From: Candidatus Woesebacteria bacterium
GTDB lineage: Bacteria > Patescibacteriota > Microgenomatia > UBA8517
Assembly: GCA_963784785.1 (NCBI GenBank)
Contig: CAWASW010000015.1
Coordinates: 2,149 to 66,148, forward strand
Length of the DNA stretch: 64,000 nucleotides
Direction: 5' to 3'
Positions 1 to 9,557 of the stretch are shown in pieces; positions within the stretch are counted from its first letter, which is position 1; each line of letters starts with the position of its first letter. Both the position numbers and the translations under genes were made by a program. Under the pieces are notes generated by a model. It was not told the DNA's origin and did no database searches. It was given only the letters and a program-made list of their open reading frames with translations.

Positions 1-42
1 CTTATGAAGTTGCTCGTTACGGGCAGGCATTCCTCCCCAGCC

Positions 43-347
43 TTAAAAGGCATGGGGATTCCTGCCAAGGAATTGAATAATACGTAAAATATTTTCAGTG
101 TCTCCAGCAAGAACCTTTCTTTTTTTATCCTTCGAACTTTTCATTTCTACATGGGGACAATTTGTCCCTACGTACGAGCCTAAATTCGAATCCCTTTTCC
201 TAAGTTTCTTCAAATAATCTGTTGGATTTTTACTTTCAGACAAAACTTCAATTACATCGACTACAGAAAAATACCATTTTTCTTTTTTTTATCCCAACAT
301 CTACGAATATTTTTACCCTTAAAAATTACTAATTCTGGAGCAGTCAT
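43..347 (-). pseudogene. Bro-N (phage antirepressor N-terminal)-like gene, split by frameshift in an A8 homopolymer
   Basis: Minus-strand ATG at 347 encodes MTAPELVIFKGKNIRRCWDKKKK and hits a stop. The listed ORF 43..243 (TTG start) continues in another frame as KWYFSVVDVIEVLSESKNPTDYLKKL. Joined across the A8 run (283-290) this resembles a Bro-N domain (L.iF...IRv...e.WF.a.DV...L). Family assignment is from memory, not a search. Confidence 0.4.
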
Positions 348-416
348 AAATTAACAATATCCCAAATTATAACCGAAGTCAATAACAATTTTGACAAATC
401 TGTTATACTTATAATA

Positions 417-752
417 ATGAAATTCTCAATCAGGCTTCTCTATCTTTATCTCTTTTCTTTTATTGGACTTATTATATCAGTAATCGGAACGATACAACTT
501 GTTGATTTAGGAATGAAAGTGTATGTTTTTAAAGACGCGGATAAATATGATTATCCAATTGCAACCAAAATAGATCCAACAGGTAAGGAAGTTTCCCTTA
601 CGGATAAGGAAAAAGAAGAACAAAAAATGCAACAAGATAAAGAGACTACAAGAAACAGACAAAGGCAGGCATCAACCGCAATCGCCATGCTTTTAGTAGG
701 AATTCCTCTCTACAAATATCACTGGTCAACGATAAAAAAAGAGAATTCTTAA
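417..752 (+). CDS. small membrane protein, hypothetical
   Basis: 111-aa ORF with an N-terminal hydrophobic helix (LLYLYLFSFIGLIISVIGTI), a second one near the C-terminus (AIAMLLVGIPLY) and a charged middle. No recognisable family. Confidence 0.4.
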   Translation: MKFSIRLLYLYLFSFIGLIISVIGTIQLVDLGMKVYVFKDADKYDYPIATKIDPTGKEVSLTDKEKEEQKMQQDKETTRNRQRQASTAIAMLLVGIPLYKYHWSTIKKENS

Positions 753-802
753 GCTTTAGCAAGAGCCTCAATGTCAAGTATCCCTTTCGTTGCACAATGT
801 TT

Positions 803-1570
803 CTAAACGGTGGAATTTAAAAACATGTGCTTGAAAGATAAAGGTGGCATTTTTAAGTTTGTGTGAATTCTTTTTGTGTTGTAATAGAAAATTGTTTGGT
901 GGATGGCTTCAACAAATTCTCCAATTGTTTCAAATCTTTCAAACTGTAAACCTAAATCAGTTTTAAAATTGTCATACCAACTTTCTTGATATCCATTTTC
1001 CCAAGGTGAGCCTTTTTTGGACATAGAAATTTTAACTCCTAATTTAGTCATAGCTTCTTGATATTGTTTTGATCTGTATTCTGATCCTTGGTCTGTATGG
1101 ACTATTTGGCTTTTACCTACATTTCTGACTGCATCAAGATAAGCCTCAATAACAAGATCTTCTGTGTGTTTAATGGAGACACTCCAACCAACAATTTCCC
1201 TAGTAAATAAATCTAAAAATGTAGCAAGATATATAAATCTGTTGTTCCACCTCAAATAAGTAAAGTCACCTGCAAAAACAACATTTGGTTTAATTGGACA
1301 AGATCCTTTAATAAGGTTTGGGAAGCCAGAATCTGGATTTCCAAAATCTCTCTTTTTGGACCATCTAGCCTTTCTCTTGAAAGGCTTAATGTTGTTTAAC
1401 TTCATAACCCTTCTGACTCTTTTCTTGCCAAGCTTTAAAGCCATGGCAATTCTTCTGTGGCCATATGCTGGATTACTTTCTAAGACCTTGAGAATTTGAT
1501 CTTTTAAGGCCTCATCTTTTGCAGATTGTTTTTGGTTTTGATAGTAAAGATTTCTCTTTGAAATATGCAA
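803..1570 (-). CDS. IS3-family transposase OrfB (rve integrase core, DDE)
   Basis: HTDQGSEYRSKQY...SMSKKGSPWENGYQESWYDNFKTD is a classic rve/DDE integrase core. Confidence 0.9.
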   Translation of the reverse strand: MHISKRNLYYQNQKQSAKDEALKDQILKVLESNPAYGHRRIAMALKLGKKRVRRVMKLNNIKPFKRKARWSKKRDFGNPDSGFPNLIKGSCPIKPNVVFAGDFTYLRWNNRFIYLATFLDLFTREIVGWSVSIKHTEDLVIEAYLDAVRNVGKSQIVHTDQGSEYRSKQYQEAMTKLGVKISMSKKGSPWENGYQESWYDNFKTDLGLQFERFETIGEFVEAIHQTIFYYNTKRIHTNLKMPPLSFKHMFLNSTV

Positions 1571-1617
1571 AACTTTAGATATTAAGGATTTTTTAATTCC
1601 TTTTGTTTTCTCCTCAA

Positions 1618-1878
1618 TTATCTTCCCAACATCTGTCTTTTTTTTGACTTTTCCACTTCAAGAGATAGCACTCCAATTATTTCTTTTAACTGTTTGTTTT
1701 CATTCCTGAGTTTGGCAAATTCTAGCCAACTAACTTTGTTTGTAGTTTTTCCACCAATCCAATTATAAATTGCTTTGTCTGATACACCATACAATTTTGC
1801 CAAACTAGAAACTGGTTCACCAGCTTTAACTTTGGATAAAATTTCTTCTTTAACTTCTGTAGCAACAATCTTTTTCAA
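1618..1878 (-). CDS. IS3-family transposase OrfA (HTH + leucine zipper)
   Basis: LAKLYGVSDKAIYNWI helix-turn-helix followed by a leucine-rich heptad region. It lies upstream of orfB in the -1 frame. Confidence 0.85.
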   Translation of the reverse strand: MKKIVATEVKEEILSKVKAGEPVSSLAKLYGVSDKAIYNWIGGKTTNKVSWLEFAKLRNENKQLKEIIGVLSLEVEKSKKRQMLGR

Positions 1879-1943
1879 AATATATTCACCTCCTTAAAAG
1901 TTTCACTAATTTTAACTCAAATCATATAGAAACTTAGTGCATT

Positions 1944-4241
1944 TTAAGGGGTACCTGTCACAACCAATTCAGTAGTAGTATTCATTAAGTTCTCGACATT
2001 TTGATATATTGTAGATATTACAAGCATACGAAGTGCTTTATAATAATTGTCAGAAAATATTTTGTTATCAGAAGCGCCATCAATCGACTTCATGACCATT
2101 GTCAAAATTTGAACGTTATTTAACTGTTTGCTAGATGATGACCCACTTACAAAACCCTTCCAAATATTTTTCACTTCATAGATGTCTTTTTCCAATTTTA
2201 CAGGATCTACATCGGTGGAAGCAATTTTTTTAACCACCTCTGGACTTAATTCTGCATTCATGTCTAAAGTGTCAAAATAAGCCGGGTACTCAATGTTTAC
2301 TCTAGCTGTTACAGTATCTTTTAATAATCCAATATAGAATCCCATGTCTGATTCCTGATGATTTTGCGCAGTAATAAAAACATCTCCCGACTCACCCACC
2401 TTGTCTGACACATATCCAAATAAATGTTTTAATCTAAGAAGACCTTTGTGTGCAAGGCTAGCACCTAACTCAATTATCTCTCTGTGATCATTTAGTAGCG
2501 ATTGTATCCCGCCAAGTGTTGGTAAGCCATATCTAGTGGATGATGCTTCAATTCTTGAGTCATCAAGAGAGTTCTGCACTTCTCGTAATATTTTATCGTC
2601 CTTAAGTAACTCACTAAAATCAGCAGTTTTTCCAGATAATCTTTTCTTTATATAATTAGTTATTACATCAGGTAACGATTTTGTAATAGCCAACCCCATT
2701 CTGTGATATATCTGTTCTTTATATGGTATACAATTCATCATTCTACCGATTCCACTTGTTGCGACAGCCTGTACAATTGTGCTTCTAGACAAAAAAGGGG
2801 TGAGTATTTTAGTTATCTCGTCTGCTTCTCGTTCATTAAAGCCTTTTCCAATGCATTGCAACCTAAGTGCATCCGACTTTGGTTTAATATATCTTTTGTT
2901 ATATTCACCTAAATATTGAACTAATCTGAGGTTGTTAAATTTTTGCATGATCACGAAATCGGAAAGGCCGAGCCTCTCCAAATATGGGTTAGTACTTTCA
3001 GTTATTCTGTGTATGTTGGGATTAATTATGTATGCAGGGAATTCAACTTTCTTTTCCTTGCTATTGAGTGGCATATCATAAAGATGAGCTTTTAGATTTT
3101 TACTTTGTCCCATACCATCTATCATTAAATGGCTGCCCCCTATAGCAAAAACTCGACCTCTGTCTCCCAAATCAATCAATCCAATACCCATAGATCTACC
3201 ATGATTACCTCGATGTTTTGAAAGTAACGAATTAGAATCAGGAAATTTATTAGTAATATAGAGATTAACTAATGGAACATGGCTAGTTATACCGTCCTCT
3301 TTGTATATATCCTCAGATTTATGCCAAGTAAATATACTATTTGGCTCACGCAGGACTTTCTCCAATGCATCGTCTGACATATTTAACAATATAGATGGAG
3401 GCAGATCTGAATAAACTTCACCATTTGATGAAAACACTCTATACGTAACTGCATCTATACCATCTTTATTTAAATCAATATCACGAAGAACAAAACATTT
3501 TTCACTATCTTGAACTAATCGCTGATTATTAAAATCAAAACTGTCATCCTTTATTGATTTCGCTGGCAATGTCTGTAAATTATTCAGGTTGTCAGAATTT
3601 AGGACCTTTGACCATCCATTATTCTCTACTTCATCAATTATTTGCCTCGCTTTATCCCTATTTTCTGAATCATACAGAACCTGATTCTGCAAAAAATTTA
3701 ATAGTGAACGAGCCACCGAATCCCTCATTATTTTGCCATTACTTCCTGATCTATTGGATATGTCTTCCCAGTCTTCATAATAACCTCCGTCTTGAACTAT
3801 TGTCTCCCTACCTCTTTCGCCTACTGGTGCTTTATCCGCTTCAAGTATCAAAGTCTTCTCAAACATACGTGCAGGAGAATGTTCGTCTTTAATATCCTTT
3901 GCAATTTGAGCTACAACTAAGCCGACAGTTCTTTCCCTTGGTCCGTCATTTAAATCGGAAAAATGAACATATCTTCTAAAGATATCTTTAGCCACTATCT
4001 CGACAGCAGAAGGTCCATATCTCGTTTTAGCCGGATCAGATAATTCGGGGTCATTTTGGTCAGGACGAAGTTTGATAACAACATTTAACATATAATTAGC
4101 CTCTGGCATAGCTGTGATATCAAGAGCAGAAGAACTAACTTTTTCAAAAAGTTGTAAAGAAGGATAGTGTCGAGGTGGATGATATTCAGGATATCTTACT
4201 TTTAGAGGTAATATATTTAACTCAACACCTTTGTCAGGCAT
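1944..4241 (-). CDS. large hypothetical protein (765 aa), no recognisable family
   Basis: Uninterrupted 765-aa ORF with no P-loop, no TM segments and no signal peptide. The stop codon is 2 nt from the IS3 end. Glycine-rich segment HRGNHGRSMGIGLIDLGDRGRVFAIGGSHLMIDGMGQ. Confidence 0.6.
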   Translation of the reverse strand: MPDKGVELNILPLKVRYPEYHPPRHYPSLQLFEKVSSSALDITAMPEANYMLNVVIKLRPDQNDPELSDPAKTRYGPSAVEIVAKDIFRRYVHFSDLNDGPRERTVGLVVAQIAKDIKDEHSPARMFEKTLILEADKAPVGERGRETIVQDGGYYEDWEDISNRSGSNGKIMRDSVARSLLNFLQNQVLYDSENRDKARQIIDEVENNGWSKVLNSDNLNNLQTLPAKSIKDDSFDFNNQRLVQDSEKCFVLRDIDLNKDGIDAVTYRVFSSNGEVYSDLPPSILLNMSDDALEKVLREPNSIFTWHKSEDIYKEDGITSHVPLVNLYITNKFPDSNSLLSKHRGNHGRSMGIGLIDLGDRGRVFAIGGSHLMIDGMGQSKNLKAHLYDMPLNSKEKKVEFPAYIINPNIHRITESTNPYLERLGLSDFVIMQKFNNLRLVQYLGEYNKRYIKPKSDALRLQCIGKGFNEREADEITKILTPFLSRSTIVQAVATSGIGRMMNCIPYKEQIYHRMGLAITKSLPDVITNYIKKRLSGKTADFSELLKDDKILREVQNSLDDSRIEASSTRYGLPTLGGIQSLLNDHREIIELGASLAHKGLLRLKHLFGYVSDKVGESGDVFITAQNHQESDMGFYIGLLKDTVTARVNIEYPAYFDTLDMNAELSPEVVKKIASTDVDPVKLEKDIYEVKNIWKGFVSGSSSSKQLNNVQILTMVMKSIDGASDNKIFSDNYYKALRMLVISTIYQNVENLMNTTTELVVTGTP

Positions 4242-4249
4242 TATAAATT

Positions 4250-4675
4250 TTATCTGGAGACTTGTACACTAACTGAGTTTTCTGCATTAGCCGCATTAAC
4301 TGTTACTAAGCTATTTGCATCAAGCGCTACTGTGTATCCCGAATTAGATGCCGTTCCTCCTTGAGGATCAAGTGGCATAGATTTCAAATATTTTGCAAGT
4401 GGAACTGATAAATTGTCGCAAGATCCACAGCTCCCAAGTTCTGTTGCTGCTTGTCCTGCTGTAAGTCCTGCTGGAAGTACTCCTTTATTATCAACTACAT
4501 ATTCATGAATAGCTGTTAGAATATTATTAACGTCTGAGAATCTTCTAGAATTTCTTGCATCAGCAAATCTAGTTACTGGATCCAATGCCACAAAAACAAC
4601 TGTTGTCAAAATTGCGATAATTGCGATAACTACAAGTAGCTCGATTAAAGTAAAGCCTTTTTTAATGTTTTTCAT
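4250..4675 (-). CDS. type IV pilin (major-pilin-like paralog 1)
   Basis: Likely start is internal MKNIKKGFTLIELLVVIAIIAIL, a class III prepilin signal (G^FTLIE). Cys pair in the C-terminal half. Ends ...VSR like paralogs 2 and 3. Confidence 0.85.
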   Translation of the reverse strand: MKNIKKGFTLIELLVVIAIIAILTTVVFVALDPVTRFADARNSRRFSDVNNILTAIHEYVVDNKGVLPAGLTAGQAATELGSCGSCDNLSVPLAKYLKSMPLDPQGGTASNSGYTVALDANSLVTVNAANAENSVSVQVSR

Positions 4676-4676
4676 A

Positions 4677-5135
4677 TTATCTAGATACTGTAATAGTCTG
4701 TGCATTCTCTGCCGCACATGCCTTGACTGTTACTATATTATTAGCATCGGCAACTACTGAGAATTTAGTTGTTGATACAGATCCAGCGTCAGGATCAAGT
4801 GGCATAGACTTTAAATATTTTGCAAGTGTTGTAGACAAATCAAGACATGCAGCTGCAGCGCCGGTACAGGCACTTGCTCCTCCAGACGCGCAATTACCTA
4901 GTTGTTTTTCTGTAGTAGTAATACCAGATGGTATAGTACCGTTATTATCAACTGTGTATTCGCTAACGGCAGTTAAAATATTATTTACATCACTCCATCT
5001 TCTAGAATTTCTTGCATCTGCAAATCTCTGTACTGGATCAAGTGCCACAAAAACAACTGTTGCCAAAATTGCGATGATTGCGATAACTACAAGAAGCTCG
5101 ATCAAAGTGAAGCCTTTTTTTATTTGCTTTTGCAT
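4677..5135 (-). CDS. type IV pilin (major-pilin-like paralog 2)
   Basis: MQKQIKKGFTLIELLVVIAIIAILATVVFVALDP...RFADARNSRRWSDVNNILTA conserved N-terminus. Variable Cys-rich middle. C-terminal ...ITVSR. Confidence 0.85.
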   Translation of the reverse strand: MQKQIKKGFTLIELLVVIAIIAILATVVFVALDPVQRFADARNSRRWSDVNNILTAVSEYTVDNNGTIPSGITTTEKQLGNCASGGASACTGAAAACLDLSTTLAKYLKSMPLDPDAGSVSTTKFSVVADANNIVTVKACAAENAQTITVSR

Positions 5136-5140
5136 ATATA

Positions 5141-5818
5141 TTAATATAACCATCCACGAAAAATCATGTCAAGTAGCAATAACATTGTTAAGCTTGAAAT
5201 AGAAACTACACTCCAGCTAAACATCAGAACTATATTAAATACTGCTCTTTTTTTAGAAATTTTTATGTTTAAAGAATTACTATCCTTTCCACTAATATCA
5301 TTTTTTAATGATATTCCAATAATTGGGTTTTCATTTCTTGTTATAGAAATTTCTTCTGGTTCAATAGCGATTATTTCCAATGGTAAACTTTGGAGGATTT
5401 CATTTAGTTCTTTAAACCTATCCTTAACAAATGCGAATGCCAACACGTTTTTCTCCTCCTTGCCTTGCACTGTTTCCTTATAATCCCAATCTTTATCTTC
5501 TAACTGCTCTGGAATAATTTCTGAAATCTTACGATAAATGTATTGCCTTTCCTCGCTACCTTGAATATGGGCAGGTATCGTAAAGTTCACAACATACGCA
5601 AATTCATTTCCTAATAATAGATATGCAGATTTTATTTTACTTTTTTCAATAAGTGCAGATATTGATTCAGATTTTAATCGATGAATGATTTTAGGCTTCT
5701 TTGACATGACAACAGTCGACAATTCAAATGAATTATTTTTTACATAAAGTACATTTACTTTTTTACTAAAAAAACTAAAGTTACCTTGAGACTTGGATTG
5801 TGGCATTATTTTCTGCAT
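5141..5818 (-). CDS. hypothetical protein with C-terminal TM anchor, in pilus locus (possible assembly component)
   Basis: 225-aa ORF with a soluble N-terminal domain and a C-terminal hydrophobic segment (VFNIVLMFSWSVVSISSLTMLLLL). Position is between pilin genes. Confidence 0.4.
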   Translation of the reverse strand: MQKIMPQSKSQGNFSFFSKKVNVLYVKNNSFELSTVVMSKKPKIIHRLKSESISALIEKSKIKSAYLLLGNEFAYVVNFTIPAHIQGSEERQYIYRKISEIIPEQLEDKDWDYKETVQGKEEKNVLAFAFVKDRFKELNEILQSLPLEIIAIEPEEISITRNENPIIGISLKNDISGKDSNSLNIKISKKRAVFNIVLMFSWSVVSISSLTMLLLLDMIFRGWLY

Positions 5819-6245
5819 TGCACGCTGTAATTAATATTACATTATTACTGTTCTTACTAACAGTGTAATATGTTTTTTCTGTACTACCTGCCTTTGGATC
5901 AAGCGGTATAGAATCAAGATATGGTTTCATCTGTCCAGATATATCCAGACATGATGCCTCTGCATTTATACATACAGTATTACATCCACTAGATAAAGTA
6001 CCTAACTGTCTTACTTTTTCGTCGATTCCAGCTGGAAAAGATTTGTTTTTAATTATAAATCTATACATTGCAGTTGATATATTATTGACGTCACTCCACC
6101 TTCTAGCGTTTCTTCCTTCGGCGAATTGAGTTATTGGATCTAGAGACACAAAAACAATTGTTGCTAATATTGCAATAATTGTTAAGACAATTAACATCTC
6201 TAGTAATGTAAACCCCGATTTGTGATTATTTAATTCATAATTCAT
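5781..6245 (-). CDS. type IV pilin (major-pilin-like paralog 3)
   Basis: Likely start MNYELNNHKSGFTLLEMLIVLTIIAIL. Conserved RNARRWSDVNNI. Variable middle with Cys. Ends ...IQVSR. Confidence 0.85.
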   Translation of the reverse strand: MNYELNNHKSGFTLLEMLIVLTIIAILATIVFVSLDPITQFAEGRNARRWSDVNNISTAMYRFIIKNKSFPAGIDEKVRQLGTLSSGCNTVCINAEASCLDISGQMKPYLDSIPLDPKAGSTEKTYYTVSKNSNNVILITACNAENNATIQVSR

Positions 6246-6267
6246 AATTCGTAATTCATATTTGCAT

Positions 6268-6642
6268 TTATATTTCAATCCAACTTGTAACTTGCACTGT
6301 GGTGCTACGTACTGCACTTATCTGCACACTTTTACTATAATTAAGAATAGTAGCACTGACGGTAAAAGTCCAGTTATTTCCAACGTTAGTGATTCCAGTG
6401 ACACTGCAGGTCCCCTCAGGGATAGTAAAACTAGCAGAAATTGCATTATTATTATTTAACCTCAAAAGTGCATCCTCAGCACAGCCTTCAACAAGAGCTA
6501 ATGTCTGCTCTCCTTTTTCACTTGATAACGAAGATTGAATATCATTAATCGAAAGCAAAGAGACAGAAGTTCCCACAATTAAGACCACTGCAAGTATTAC
6601 CAAAACTGATGTTATAGCAATATATCCACGATTATTTTTCAT
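6268..6642 (-). CDS. minor pilin, PilX-like
   Basis: Likely start MKNNRGYIAITSVLVILAVVLIV, a PilX-type N-terminus. Small secreted domain. Confidence 0.6.
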   Translation of the reverse strand: MKNNRGYIAITSVLVILAVVLIVGTSVSLLSINDIQSSLSSEKGEQTLALVEGCAEDALLRLNNNNAISASFTIPEGTCSVTGITNVGNNWTFTVSATILNYSKSVQISAVRSTTVQVTSWIEI

Positions 6643-7151
6643 TTTGATCTTACCTCCGCACTTCCAGCAAAAGTTCCAGTTTTTTGCCATTCTTGTCTTG
6701 TACCATCCACGCTTAATGTAAATCCAAATTCGATATTATTAGAAAGAATTCCACTCGATCTATTTGTGAATGTTAGTGCAGATGCTATTACCTTATTGCT
6801 AGTTAGTGAAACATCATTTGTCATTGCCGTACAATTTACAGATCCCCCACCCCACGCCATTTTAATTACTCCGCCAGATAAATATATTCTAGTAGGATTT
6901 CTGGCAGGAGTACTTGATGCTAAACATAAATCTCCGACAGCAACGGAGTTTATTGCAGAGGCATTTCTAATTTCGTACATAATCTTTTTAGAAACAAAAC
7001 GTTGATCTTCATTTATCAACAGCTGGACATTAGCTTTAACGCTACCATAAATGATATCCCATGCAAAAAGTACTGCACCACTAATAAAAATGGCAACCAA
7101 TCCCATATATAGAATTAGCTCGATTAGGGTAAATGCTTTATAAATTTTCAT
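6639..7151 (-). CDS. prepilin-type N-terminal cleavage/methylation domain protein (minor pilin, PilW/FimT-like)
   Basis: MKIYKAFTLIELILYMGLVAIF prepilin signal. Confidence 0.75.
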   Translation of the reverse strand: MKIYKAFTLIELILYMGLVAIFISGAVLFAWDIIYGSVKANVQLLINEDQRFVSKKIMYEIRNASAINSVAVGDLCLASSTPARNPTRIYLSGGVIKMAWGGGSVNCTAMTNDVSLTSNKVIASALTFTNRSSGILSNNIEFGFTLSVDGTRQEWQKTGTFAGSAEVRSK

Positions 7152-8956
7152 ATTCTTCTAAATGCAAAACTATATGGACTATTAATGGCCTGTGGTAAAG
7201 TCAGTTGCAACACCGCACCATCTGTATTGGTCCAGGTAAATGCAGGAGCTGTTGTCATAACTAAACGTTTAGCAAACAAATCACTAGAGCTGTCTGAGGT
7301 CATCGATAGTAACTGATCCTTACTTAGCGGATCCATTTGTAAATCAATATATCTCGGACCGTTTGGAGCAGGTGCTTGAGCAGCATCAGTTTGTTTAACA
7401 AAGGATCCATTGTTTCCCACGTACCAATCTATCAGATTTGAACCTCGGTCAGCATATCGCACTATCGACCTAGTGGTAGCCCCAGATATTAACCATGCAG
7501 TTGAGACTATTTTTGATCCTGCGATAGGAGTAGCACATGAATTATCGGGGTCATTAGTATTTGTCCAGGCAGTTCCACTCCAATAACCCACCTGTAAATC
7601 ACTTCCACCGTTACCAATTGAGGCAAAAACTATTTGATCTGTATCTGGATTTGCTGAAATATCCAAATTTGTCGCATCATTAGCCCATGTAGGTGGATTT
7701 GTAACAACAGCATTCCATGTACATCCAGTTACACCAGTTGCAGTACAGGTTCTATATCTAACCCCATTTACAGTTGCACTTCCAGCTGAATTTGACCAGA
7801 TGACCATCACATCCCCCGATGAAGATTCATATTCAACATCAAAATCTTCGATATCTTGAGCTACTGCAATTATCTCCAACGACGCCTCAGTAACTGCTGT
7901 TGGTTCATTACCCCAACCAGTTCCGTTCCATACCATAGCAGATAGATCAGATGCGGAATCTGCCCAGATAGCAGTAATTAAATTTGAATTTGAACGTCTA
8001 TCCCAAGCCATCTTGACCCACTGAACAGTTCCAGTAGTTCTAACAGGATCAAGATTAGTTGCCGCACCCCAATTTGCAGTTCCACAAGCGGAGCCACCTG
8101 ATTTTGTACGATACGCCATTTCATTTGTGGTTCCAACATTTGTGCCGTACAAAACTATTGCATCACCTGAATTAGTTTCATACGAAATATCAAATCTTCT
8201 TGTTGTTCCTGCACCACCAACGGTAGTAGTCCACTCATTTACCCAAGTAGATCCATCAAAACACATGACTTGTAGCACACCTCCATTTGTAACGTAACCG
8301 GCTATCGCCTCAGTTTTTGTTGGTGAACTTCTAATTGTAAATGTTTGACCAGAAGCTCCTAAAATTGTTGGCGACTCTACTGAAAAAGCATTAGTAGAAG
8401 TATCAAAAGATCTGTACTTTGGTGTAGTCGTGGTATCACCATAAATTAGAAACCCTCCAGCTGCAAGGATTGATTTTCTAAAGTTAGTCAAATAAGTAGT
8501 TAGTGTTACAGCGTTACTACGAAGTGGTGAAAATAACCAACTGACAACTGAGGTCACCTTTTTAATATCAGAATCTAATGTTCCTCCTGAGGCAACAATA
8601 TTTCCAGAGACATCTCGATTGACGTCCGATACTGTAACTACTCGGGTATATTTACCCAGAGTATTGTTTAGCCCGCTCCAGGCCCAACTAACACCATTTA
8701 GCCCAAGACCACATCCTCCCGTACATGTTGTGGCTATAAAGGGGCTGGTCCAACCTTGGTTTTTAATAGATTTTACTGCATCAATTCCTGCTTGAGCAAA
8801 AAGATTGGCTGTTGTTTCTTCTTCACCCAACCTGTTAGTAGAAAAACTTCCGGTTACTGTCGTAACTCCTGCAACAGCGATAATAACAAACAAAGACATT
8901 GCAACAATTATTTCGACTATTCCAAAACCGTCATCCTTTCTTAATTCATAATTCAT
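7148..8956 (-). CDS. large minor pilin / pilus-tip adhesin-like protein (602 aa)
   Basis: MNYELRKDDGFGIVEIIVAMSLFVIIAVAG prepilin-like N-terminus followed by a ~570-aa T/S/G/N/W-rich domain. Confidence 0.7.
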   Translation of the reverse strand: MNYELRKDDGFGIVEIIVAMSLFVIIAVAGVTTVTGSFSTNRLGEEETTANLFAQAGIDAVKSIKNQGWTSPFIATTCTGGCGLGLNGVSWAWSGLNNTLGKYTRVVTVSDVNRDVSGNIVASGGTLDSDIKKVTSVVSWLFSPLRSNAVTLTTYLTNFRKSILAAGGFLIYGDTTTTPKYRSFDTSTNAFSVESPTILGASGQTFTIRSSPTKTEAIAGYVTNGGVLQVMCFDGSTWVNEWTTTVGGAGTTRRFDISYETNSGDAIVLYGTNVGTTNEMAYRTKSGGSACGTANWGAATNLDPVRTTGTVQWVKMAWDRRSNSNLITAIWADSASDLSAMVWNGTGWGNEPTAVTEASLEIIAVAQDIEDFDVEYESSSGDVMVIWSNSAGSATVNGVRYRTCTATGVTGCTWNAVVTNPPTWANDATNLDISANPDTDQIVFASIGNGGSDLQVGYWSGTAWTNTNDPDNSCATPIAGSKIVSTAWLISGATTRSIVRYADRGSNLIDWYVGNNGSFVKQTDAAQAPAPNGPRYIDLQMDPLSKDQLLSMTSDSSSDLFAKRLVMTTAPAFTWTNTDGAVLQLTLPQAINSPYSFAFRRI

Positions 8957-8961
8957 AATTC

Positions 8962-9429
8962 TTAATTTGTGTTTATCCCTCCTCCAACATTTACAGTTAC
9001 TGTTGCAGTTTCTTGATTTGTGTTTATGGTTACAAACATTGCGCTTGACGGTTCTCCGCGTAAATTAAAGGTGGTATCGTTTAGGTTTGTGACAGTCACA
9101 CTACTAGGAATTGTAAAATCTTCTTTAATAGTTGGACTAGCACATGACCCTGAATAAAGCCTAATATTTGTACCATTCTTGCATATTCCCCATATAGCAT
9201 TATTTTTCTTATTCATAGCGTTTCCTTGTGATTTTCTAATGGAAGAAACTACTTTATCTATTGTCGTATCAAAGTTAGTTTGAAGTACAAAATTTGCCAA
9301 AAATGGAGAGGTTGCAGCACCAAGAATTGCAATTATAGAAATTACTAAAAGTAACTCGATTAATGTAACACCAGATGAATTATGAGGTATGAAGTATGAA
9401 TTATGAAAAAATTTACTATATACTTTCAT
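8962..9429 (-). CDS. pseudopilin (GspH/FimT-like) with extended leader
   Basis: ...GVTLIELLLVISIIAILGAA prepilin motif. The 19-aa leader is encoded by 7-bp repeats (ttcataattcatacttcatacctcataattca). Confidence 0.7.
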   Translation of the reverse strand: MKVYSKFFHNSYFIPHNSSGVTLIELLLVISIIAILGAATSPFLANFVLQTNFDTTIDKVVSSIRKSQGNAMNKKNNAIWGICKNGTNIRLYSGSCASPTIKEDFTIPSSVTVTNLNDTTFNLRGEPSSAMFVTINTNQETATVTVNVGGGINTN

Positions 9430-9557
9430 ATCGCATTTGAAACAACTTTGTTATAATCTGTTTTTGGCAAACTAATGCAAAGACGAATAATTAATTTTGA
9501 AAATTGATAAGTTCTTTCGTATGTGTCATTTTTGTAATTCATTTTGCATATCTATTT

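Larger units (their letters stand above)
791..1941 (-). mobile_element. IS3-family insertion sequence (complete, ~1.15 kb)
   Basis: Imperfect terminal inverted repeats TGCACAATGTTTCTA (791-805) and TAGAAACTTAGTGCA (1927-1941), with TG..CA ends. orfA and orfB sit in different frames with an A-rich slippery run (AAAAAAAAG) at the orfA 3' end, typical of IS3 -1 frameshifting. Confidence 0.85.

Noticed and set aside
2703-3892. Plus-strand ORFs 2703..2912 and 3554..3892
   Set aside because: They lie antisense inside the 765-aa minus-strand gene and have low-complexity composition. They are typical spurious antisense ORFs in AT-rich DNA.
4723-5483. Plus-strand ORFs 4723..5202 and 5166..5483
   Set aside because: They are antisense to well-supported pilin genes and have no motifs.
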